Positions 19,489 through 26,785 of a stretch of DNA of 64,000 bases are shown here, piece by piece; position 1 is the stretch's first letter, and each line of letters begins with the position of its first letter. The stretch covers positions 1,728,001-1,792,000 of the forward strand of contig OZ254086.1 in assembly GCA_965267575.1 (NCBI GenBank), in the 5' to 3' direction. Under the pieces are notes generated by a model. The model saw only the letters and a list, made by a program, of their open reading frames with translations. It had not been told where the DNA came from and did not search any database. Origin of the DNA: Calditrichales bacterium (lineage in GTDB: Bacteria > Calditrichota > Calditrichia > Calditrichales > J004). The translations under genes and the position numbers were made by a program.

Positions 19489-20420
19489 AGCTTGCCGCAA
19501 TCGATGTGGGGTCTAACGCCGTGCGCCTTTTGCTTTCACGGGTTTATGAAACCGACAACGGGCCGTATTTTAAAAAAATATCACTTATCCGAATGCCTAT
19601 TCGCCTTGGTGACGATGCCTTCCGTGACGGTAGGATCTCAGCTGCTAAAATGGAAAGCCTTTGTGACGCTTTCATCGGGTTCAAATATCTCATCAAATCC
19701 TACGGACCTGAAGCATACCTGGCCTGCGCCACATCGGCCATGCGCGAAGCGAGTAATGGAAGTGAGCTGGTGCGCCGCATATGTGAAAGCAGCGGTATAA
19801 ACCTGGAGATCATCGACGGGGAGCGCGAAGCACACATTATCTATTCCAACCACATCGCTGAATACCTGCAGCGCGGGAAGGCTTATCTCTATGTGGATGT
19901 TGGCGGGGGAAGCACGGAGTTGACTCTGTTTTATCAGGATCGTGTGGTGGACTCGCGCTCCCTCAATATCGGTACGGTGCGTTTGCTGGAAGGGCTGGTG
20001 AACGATGAAAAATGGGACGACATGAAGCGCTGGCTTAATGAAAAAAAGAAAGAATTTCCGGAAGCGGCAGCGATCGGCAGCGGTGGAAACATAAACAAAA
20101 TGCACCGCATGCTGAATATTAAAACGGGTAAACCTGTTTTGTTATCACAACTGAAAAAGCTGCGCAAGCACCTGGAAAATTACAGCGTGAAACAGCGCAT
20201 AACGGAGCTTGGCCTGCGGCCTGACCGCGCCGACGTGATTGTGCCCGCCGTGCAGATCTATACATCGGCGATGAAATGGGCCGGTATAAAGGAGATGTAC
20301 GTTCCGCAGGTGGGCCTAGCTGACGGCCTCATCGCTGAGCTATATGAAAAACAAAAAGCAGGAAAACAGAAAAGGATAGATTGTGACCATTCGTTTGGAG
20401 CGGGAAAAAGGCTGGCGTGA
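19485..20420 (+). CDS. ppx: Exopolyphosphatase Ppx/GppA, short form without C-terminal HD domain
   Basis: AAIDVGSNAVRL, ATSAMREASN, GEREA, DVGGGSTE, DRADVIVPA; ATGA overlap with ppk1. Confidence 0.93.
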   Translation: MKLAAIDVGSNAVRLLLSRVYETDNGPYFKKISLIRMPIRLGDDAFRDGRISAAKMESLCDAFIGFKYLIKSYGPEAYLACATSAMREASNGSELVRRICESSGINLEIIDGEREAHIIYSNHIAEYLQRGKAYLYVDVGGGSTELTLFYQDRVVDSRSLNIGTVRLLEGLVNDEKWDDMKRWLNEKKKEFPEAAAIGSGGNINKMHRMLNIKTGKPVLLSQLKKLRKHLENYSVKQRITELGLRPDRADVIVPAVQIYTSAMKWAGIKEMYVPQVGLADGLIAELYEKQKAGKQKRIDCDHSFGAGKRLA

Positions 20421-21879
20421 TTTTTCGCAGAAGTTGCCGCCGGAATACAACGCCGTACGCAAAAATAAGCAGGCGCTTTCGATCGTCTTGCTGGACAGCT
20501 TTGACTGGCGGGTTTACAACAGCGGGCATACCCTGCGTCTGGCGGACGGCCTTTTGCAGCTCCGTGCCATCGAAGATGGTTTACCTGTTTTTGAAAGCCG
20601 CCAGAGAAAAGGCGTATTGTCCGTCTGGCCAAAAGACGTTAAAGATGCGCATCTCTCGGCATGGCTGGCGGATGTGCTGGATGTGCGCGCCCTGCTGGTT
20701 CACAGCCTCTGGCAGGGCAGCAGCGAAGAGTTCGATTTGCTCAACACAGACCGTAAAACGATCGCCCGCGGCATTTTTTATAACTTGAATAATGGCAATG
20801 CCGGATTGCGCTTGCTTGAGGTACAGCCATTGCGCGGCTACGAACAGGTGTGTGAGGTTATCTTTGCACCCTGGAAAATACTTGCGGCCGACAACAGTGA
20901 TTCGCTGCTTTACGCGGAGGCGGGGGTTGTGCCCGGCGGTTACCGGGGTTCACGTCCCGAGCTGGATTTTTCACAGGAATCCTCTCTCTCTGCCGCATTG
21001 AAGGAAATATTAACCGCAAATTTTAAAATGATGCTTCTCAATGAGCCCGGTGTTAGGGAAGATATAGATACGGAGTTTCTGCATGATTACCGGGTCTGTG
21101 GCCGGCGCATGCGTTCCGCGTTGAGCCGCATTAAAGGCGTGCTGAAAGAAGAGACCGTTCTTCAGCTGCAAAACGATCTAAAACGCATCGGAAACTTTAC
21201 CGGCCCCGTGCGTGATTGGGACGTTTTTCTGTTACGCCGCGCAGGTTTTGAAAGCGTTTTGCCGCCGCAGTTTCATAAAGGCCTGGGCAAGCTTATGAGC
21301 AATTGCGCCCGCCGCCGGAGCATGGCGTTCAGCAGCCTGCATAGTTTTTTGGAAAGCAAAGAATATAGTCAGATTATCGCGAGAATTGATGCCACGCTAA
21401 GTGATTATGAACATCATTTGGTGACCGATGCAGATTTAAAGACTTCTGCCGCTCGCTGGATAAAGGCGCGTTTTAAAAAAATACGCAAGCAAGGCGCGGA
21501 GCTAAGCGATGAGGCCGGGGACAGCGCCTTCCACGACCTGCGCATAGAGTGCAAAAAGCTGCGCTACCTGCTGGAGTTCTTTCAGAGTGCCTTCAAGGAA
21601 AAGCCGTCGCGGAAAGCCATTGCCATGCTTAAAAAACTTCAGGATAATCTGGGCAGCATGAACGATATGTCGGTTCAGGAAGAGCTGTTGACGGAGATTT
21701 ATTTGACGGCCAAAAAGAAAAATCAGGCGGAATTGACAGAGACGGCTGCCGCCCTGATTGGCCATACCCGCACGGAGAAAAAGCGGTTGCGGCGCGACTT
21801 CAGGAGCCTGTTTAGCGGCTTTGCATCATCCAAAAGCCGCCATCTTTATAAAAGTAGTTTCACCGTGGAGGGCGAATGA
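20383..21879 (+). CDS. CHAD domain protein (polyphosphate-binding) with degenerate CYTH-like N-terminus
   Basis: DTEFLHDYRVCGRRMRS, GPVRDWDVF, FHDLRIECKKLRYLLEFF, LQDNLGSMND; N-terminal LDSFDWRVY; GTG start with SD aagga. Confidence 0.9.
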   Translation: MTIRLEREKGWRDFSQKLPPEYNAVRKNKQALSIVLLDSFDWRVYNSGHTLRLADGLLQLRAIEDGLPVFESRQRKGVLSVWPKDVKDAHLSAWLADVLDVRALLVHSLWQGSSEEFDLLNTDRKTIARGIFYNLNNGNAGLRLLEVQPLRGYEQVCEVIFAPWKILAADNSDSLLYAEAGVVPGGYRGSRPELDFSQESSLSAALKEILTANFKMMLLNEPGVREDIDTEFLHDYRVCGRRMRSALSRIKGVLKEETVLQLQNDLKRIGNFTGPVRDWDVFLLRRAGFESVLPPQFHKGLGKLMSNCARRRSMAFSSLHSFLESKEYSQIIARIDATLSDYEHHLVTDADLKTSAARWIKARFKKIRKQGAELSDEAGDSAFHDLRIECKKLRYLLEFFQSAFKEKPSRKAIAMLKKLQDNLGSMNDMSVQEELLTEIYLTAKKKNQAELTETAAALIGHTRTEKKRLRRDFRSLFSGFASSKSRHLYKSSFTVEGE

Positions 21880-22619
21880 AGATAGTGGCCCTCTACAGCA
21901 TGAAAGGCGGCGTCGGCAAAACGGCGGCCTGTGTCAACCTGGCCTGGCATTGCGCGCACCGTGGATATAAAACACTCTTGTGCGATCTCGATCCGCAGGG
22001 TTCGTCCGGTTATTATTTGCGCATACGCCCTGTAAAAAAGCACGATACCCGCGTGCTTGTAAAAGGCGGAAAAAAGCTGGACAAAAGCATCCGTGAAAGT
22101 GACTTTAACAACCTTTACCTGTTGCCATCCGATATGACATACCGCAATCTGGATTTATTGCTGGATGAGTTTAAAAAGCCTTCTAAAAAACTGAAGAAAA
22201 CATTCAAACCGCTGGCGGAGGAATTTGATTTCATCTTTCTGGATTGTCCGCCAAACATTACGCTAGTTTCCGAGAATGTTTTCCAGGCAGCGGATAAAAT
22301 AATCGTGCCTATTATTCCTACGACCTTATCGCAGCTTACATATGAAAAGCTATTGCAATTTTTTGCGGATGCCGGCTACGATGTCAAAAAGCTCTATGCC
22401 TTTTTCTCCATGTTTGAGAAGCGCAAGTCGCTGCACCGCACAATTATGAACACACTGCCGGAACAGCACGATCGTTTCTTAAAAAGCGCCATCCCTTATT
22501 CCAGCGATGTTGAGAAGATGGGGCTGGAACGTGCCCCGTTGGGCAGTTATAAAGAAAAGTCCGCGGCCAACCGCGCTTTCGAAATGTTGTGGAAGGAACT
22601 GGAAAATATTTCCGGCTAA
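21876..22619 (+). CDS. ParA/MinD family ATPase (no adjacent parB)
   Basis: Deviant Walker A KGGVGKT, DLDPQG, Walker B FLDCPP; ATGA overlap with the CHAD gene. Confidence 0.93.
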   Translation: MKIVALYSMKGGVGKTAACVNLAWHCAHRGYKTLLCDLDPQGSSGYYLRIRPVKKHDTRVLVKGGKKLDKSIRESDFNNLYLLPSDMTYRNLDLLLDEFKKPSKKLKKTFKPLAEEFDFIFLDCPPNITLVSENVFQAADKIIVPIIPTTLSQLTYEKLLQFFADAGYDVKKLYAFFSMFEKRKSLHRTIMNTLPEQHDRFLKSAIPYSSDVEKMGLERAPLGSYKEKSAANRAFEMLWKELENISG

Positions 22620-22631
22620 TTCAGCGCTATT

Positions 22632-23588
22632 CTAAATGCCGTTTACCACGTTAACCGGTTTTCCCTCAAGAAATGCTCTTACGTTTTCTACAGCCTGGTT
22701 CATCAGGCGCTGTCTGGCCTCCAGCGTTCCCCAGGCCTGGTGCGGGGTTATGTAACAGTTACGGGCCTTCAGCAACGGATGATCTGCAGGCGGTGGTTCC
22801 TGCGACAAAACATCCAGCCCGGCCCCGGCAATGATACCCTGGTTGAGCGCTTCGGCCAAAGCCTGTTCGTCAATCAACCCGCCCCGGGCGGTGTTTACAA
22901 GAAAAGCCGTCCGCTTCATCAGCGCCATGTTTTCCGCATTGATTATTTTTTCGGTTTCGTTTGTCAGCGGGCAATGCATGCTTACAAAATCGCTTTCACG
23001 AAGCAATTGCTGCAGGTCTGTGCCGGTTGCCCAGGCGTCCAGCTCATGCCAGCGCGGTGTTGTAAAAAGTACGTTCATACCGAGGGTGCGGGCCAGTTTT
23101 GCCAGCCGCCGTCCAATCCGGCCATATCCGATGATACCCAGTGTTTTGCCGTTTAATTCCATCATCTGAAAATCCCAGTAACACCAGTCTTTACGCGCGC
23201 TCCAACCGCCGTTCCGCACGCTGTCTGTGTGGTGGCAGAACCGTCCGGCCAGGTTAAGAATATGGGTTAAAGCGGCTTGCGCCACGGAGTCGCTACCGTA
23301 AGTTGGAATGTTTGTAACCGGGATGCTGTGTTTTGCCGCGGCCTCAATATCCACAACGTTGTAGCCGGTGGCCAGCACGCCGATATATTTTAGTTTTGGC
23401 AGTTGCGCGATTGTTTCCGAGCTGAGCGGTGTTTTATTTGTGAGGATAATGTCGGCTTCTTTGGCCTGGTCTGTGATCTCATCCGCGGTACAGCGTGGAT
23501 AGATGTTGCAGGAACCCAGCTTTTCCAGTTCCGACCAGCTCAGGTCTCCGGGATTAAGCGTATGTCCGTCCAATACTGTGATGTTCAT
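22632..23588 (-). CDS. D-2-hydroxyacid dehydrogenase (glycerate dehydrogenase/hydroxypyruvate reductase-like)
   Basis: LDGHTLNPGDLSW, ATGYNVVD, GYGRIG, HCPL, NTARG, LDVLSQEPP, TPHQAW. Confidence 0.9.
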   Translation of the reverse strand: MNITVLDGHTLNPGDLSWSELEKLGSCNIYPRCTADEITDQAKEADIILTNKTPLSSETIAQLPKLKYIGVLATGYNVVDIEAAAKHSIPVTNIPTYGSDSVAQAALTHILNLAGRFCHHTDSVRNGGWSARKDWCYWDFQMMELNGKTLGIIGYGRIGRRLAKLARTLGMNVLFTTPRWHELDAWATGTDLQQLLRESDFVSMHCPLTNETEKIINAENMALMKRTAFLVNTARGGLIDEQALAEALNQGIIAGAGLDVLSQEPPPADHPLLKARNCYITPHQAWGTLEARQRLMNQAVENVRAFLEGKPVNVVNGI

Positions 23589-23616
23589 GATATTCAAAGC
23601 AAAATTTAAAAACAGA

Positions 23617-23639
23617 AGAGACGCAAAATTTGCGTCTCT
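23617..23639. repeat. Perfect 11-bp palindrome resembling GTAG-type REP (could act as a terminator)
   Basis: agagacgcaaa-a-tttgcgtctct. Confidence 0.6.
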
Positions 23640-23691
23640 CAGTTTTGGCTTAATGCTATAAAAATTGCTGTTTATTTTGTCAAAAGAAGCA

Positions 23692-23723
23692 TATCATACC
23701 GGCCTGCGCGCCGGGATTCCAGT
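23692..23723 (+). repeat. Diverged REP-like palindrome related to the copies at 617 and 59053
   Basis: tatcataccggc-ctgcgc-gccgggattccagt. Confidence 0.45.
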
Positions 23724-23776
23724 CCTCCCTGACCAAAGAAATTATAATACGGATTCTGCCGTAATCTCAGCGTTCA

Positions 23777-24859
23777 TCAGCCGTTTGTGCGCTCAAACTC
23801 CTTCATGAAGTCCACAAGCACTTTAACCGACTCCGGCGGCACGGCATTGTAAATCGAAGCGCGGATACCACCGACCGAACGGTGCCCCTTTACGCCTATG
23901 ATCTCGGCCTTTTCCATGGCTTCGGCAATGAACTTCTGCTCCAACTCTTCCGAAGGCAGGCGGAACGTCACGTTCATCATTGAGCGGCTGTCCTTGGCGG
24001 CGGTACCGCGGAAAAACTCGCTGCCGTCGATGGTGTTATAGATCATGTCCGCCTTTTCATTATTGATCTTTTCAATCCCATCCAGACCGCCTTTTTTGAT
24101 CATCCATTCGCAGATCAGTTTGAGGATATAGATGCCAAAGGTGGGCGGTGTGTTGTACAATGAGTCTTTGCCGCCGATTATTTTGTAGCTGAGCATTGTC
24201 GGAATATTATCGGGGCTTTTCTGCAGCAGCTCTTCCTTCATGATCACAACTGTTACACCGGAAGGCCCCATGTTTTTCTGGGCGCCGGCGTAGATCAGTG
24301 CGAACTTGCTTACATCCACTTTGCGGCAGTTGATATCCGAAGACATATCGGCCACGAGCGGCACGCTGCCGGCATCCGGATAGCTGGCCCACTGTGTGCC
24401 AAAAATTGTGTTGTTGCTGGTGATGTGCAGGTAGGCAGCATCGGGATCAATCTTGAATTGCTTCGGGATATAGGAAAAATTGTCATTTTCCGATGATGCA
24501 ATCATGTTAAACTTTTTATTTAATTTACGCGCCTCGGCGATTGCCTTTTGCGACCATGAGCCTGTGTTGATGTAGTCGGCAAACTGCCCTTCGCCAATCA
24601 GGTTGAGCGGTACGGCGGCAAATTGCAGCGTTGCGCCGCCCTGCATAAAGATCACCTTGTAGCCGGCGGGTATGCCCATAACCTCTTTGAGCAGTTTTTC
24701 GGCGTCTTTGATGATATTGTCAAAAGTTTTGCTGCGGTGGCTCATTTCCATTACGGAAAGGCCTTCCCCGTGATAGTCGATCAGTTCTTCCTGAACCTGC
24801 TGCAGGACTTCGAGGGGAAGGGCGGCCGGTCCGGCATTAAAATTGTGTATGCGTTTCAT
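23777..24859 (-). CDS. serC: Phosphoserine aminotransferase
   Basis: HNFNAGPAALP, EMSHRS, QGGA, ADMSS, YAGAQKNMGPSG, NTPP, KGHRSVGGIRASIYNA; SD ggagg. Confidence 0.97.
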   Translation of the reverse strand: MKRIHNFNAGPAALPLEVLQQVQEELIDYHGEGLSVMEMSHRSKTFDNIIKDAEKLLKEVMGIPAGYKVIFMQGGATLQFAAVPLNLIGEGQFADYINTGSWSQKAIAEARKLNKKFNMIASSENDNFSYIPKQFKIDPDAAYLHITSNNTIFGTQWASYPDAGSVPLVADMSSDINCRKVDVSKFALIYAGAQKNMGPSGVTVVIMKEELLQKSPDNIPTMLSYKIIGGKDSLYNTPPTFGIYILKLICEWMIKKGGLDGIEKINNEKADMIYNTIDGSEFFRGTAAKDSRSMMNVTFRLPSEELEQKFIAEAMEKAEIIGVKGHRSVGGIRASIYNAVPPESVKVLVDFMKEFERTNG

Positions 24860-25078
24860 TGTTCCTCCGGGATTTGCATGTAAAAAATCGTATCACGAAT
24901 ATAATCACGGTGACTGTCAAATGAAATTATGGAATTGACTTTGTTGCTGTAATTGCACGCCGGGAGACCACAGGTCCACAGCCTGAACGGTCATCGGCCA
25001 GATCAGAAAATTTTTGTAACTCCAAATTTCCATAAGAAGTCTAAAATGTCTAAAATTGATGGTAATTAAAAAACCGGA

Positions 25079-26317
25079 ATGAATGTGATGAAGCTTTTTA
25101 CTTTAATTATTGCCTTTGCGCTTCTTGGCGGAGCAGTCCACGCGCAGTTTGACCCAAACAGTGTTTATCTCGATTACGGTAATTACGAGGTAAGTACATA
25201 CCAGGCGCAGCAGGAAAAGGCCCACGGCAACTGGAAGCATCTGCCTTACCGCACCGCCGCGTTCAACCCAACGCAGATTTTGCCTGGCAGCGTACTTTTT
25301 ATCCCTGGGCTTATCGGTGTTAGGCTGAGTGGCGGAACCTACCACGACGGCTATTTTTTCGCGCACGCCGCCAACACAAAGCTTGGCTCCGGCAAGATTG
25401 AATTATGCGTGGAACAAGGCCATAATCCTTTTGCCGGCAGATTAAACGAGCCCATGCAGGTGCATGTTGTCCGCGGTACCATGGCCAAAAGCCTGCGTAC
25501 CCGTTACGCGCCGCAGTATGAAATAGAACGCATAAAGCCCACCTACCTGATGGTCGCTTCCGAGTTTACCGAGCTAATGAAGACGGCCCGCGAAAAGTAT
25601 CCCGATATCGATGAGCGCATACAGTATCTGTCTGAACGCGGCCTGGGCACGCCTTATCTCATCTTTAATCTTGGTGAGGGAGCAGGCTCCAGTCCCGACC
25701 CCGACCCGACGATCGATTTTGCGCGCACTGATTGCATGACTTTTTGCGAGCATACCCTGGCCCTGGCCATTTCCACGGATTATCCGCAAATGTACAATAA
25801 GCTGCAGCAGATCCGCTACAAAGACGGTAAAATAAGCTATACAACCCGCAACCACTACACCATCGCCGACTGGCTGCCCAATAACAGCTGGCTGCTTTAT
25901 GACGCCACCCCCGAGATAGGACCGGGACTAACGCGCACTATGAGCAAGACAATCGACCGTAAGAGTTTTTATAAAAACAACGGCGTTGCGGAAGAAAACC
26001 TGGCTGATGCGCCGGGCCCAATGGATTATAAGGTTTCGCATATCCCGACGGAAAACCTGATGCACGCCGCGCCCAATTTAAAGGGCGGAGAGATCGCTTC
26101 GATCGTAACAACGCATCCGGCTGTGATCTCCGCGCATATGGGGATTATTGTGCGGGATGAATGGGACAACCTTATCTTCCGCCACGCCTCCAGCCCGCCT
26201 GAAACCGGCGAGGTGATGGACGAAAAGTTCAGTGAAGTGGTACAGCGACTGGAAAAATCGAAATCCCGCGTGGGCATGATTTTTATGAGAGCCAGGGAGG
26301 ACAGCGATTCTTATTGA
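25079..26317 (+). CDS. Exported protein: degenerate 3D-like domain fused to DUF1460 (NlpC/P60-like amidase) domain
   Basis: Signal peptide; RTAAFNP..LPGSVLFIPGL..HDGYFFA; LGTPY, DCMTFCEHTLAL, RNHY..DW, SAHMG, FRHASS. Confidence 0.75.
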   Translation: MNVMKLFTLIIAFALLGGAVHAQFDPNSVYLDYGNYEVSTYQAQQEKAHGNWKHLPYRTAAFNPTQILPGSVLFIPGLIGVRLSGGTYHDGYFFAHAANTKLGSGKIELCVEQGHNPFAGRLNEPMQVHVVRGTMAKSLRTRYAPQYEIERIKPTYLMVASEFTELMKTAREKYPDIDERIQYLSERGLGTPYLIFNLGEGAGSSPDPDPTIDFARTDCMTFCEHTLALAISTDYPQMYNKLQQIRYKDGKISYTTRNHYTIADWLPNNSWLLYDATPEIGPGLTRTMSKTIDRKSFYKNNGVAEENLADAPGPMDYKVSHIPTENLMHAAPNLKGGEIASIVTTHPAVISAHMGIIVRDEWDNLIFRHASSPPETGEVMDEKFSEVVQRLEKSKSRVGMIFMRAREDSDSY

Positions 26318-26365
26318 TGTAGACTTTAGCAGCTTATGTTAGGGGTAAAGTTGTAACTTCCCGTT

Positions 26366-26394
26366 TTGAGATGTATGGAAAATATCCCTATATT
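26366..26394 (+). promoter_or_regulatory. sigma70-type promoter upstream of the TonB receptor
   Basis: TTGAGA-N17-TATATT. Confidence 0.5.
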
Positions 26395-26785
26395 AGACCC
26401 ATATATCTTCTTGTAGTAGCAAACAAACTGACGTGGACTAGTTTTGGCGAAAGCGAAGCTTTATGACCAAAAAACAGTCAGGGAGGATGCGCCTTTCTTT
26501 TGGCCTCACAAGCACAGGACGCTTGTTAATTTGCGAATCAGGTGTACCGGCTCTTCAGAAATTCCGGTATCATCGTGTTTGCGATCTGCTTTTGTTCTAT
26601 TATCCTTTTTTAGACGTATTATTATATTTCCATTTACCGGTCGTTTTATTTCAACTCCATTTATTATTCTAAGAAGATTTTCTACTGTCCGATTCAAAAA
26701 CATTCTCATGAATACGCAGGAAAGGGGGTGGTAGAAAAACATCAAGCACGACCTGACTTAAGTTTAACCTAACCAGGAGGCTTTA

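Noticed and set aside
21876-22619. Chromosome or plasmid partition locus, or cobyrinic acid diamide synthase
   Set aside because: No parB, rep or parS-like palindrome seen; too short and lacks a glutamine amidotransferase domain
26400-26785. Cobalamin, TPP or T-box riboswitch; short ORFs in this region
   Set aside because: Core motifs not found; the ORFs lack an SD and protein-like composition
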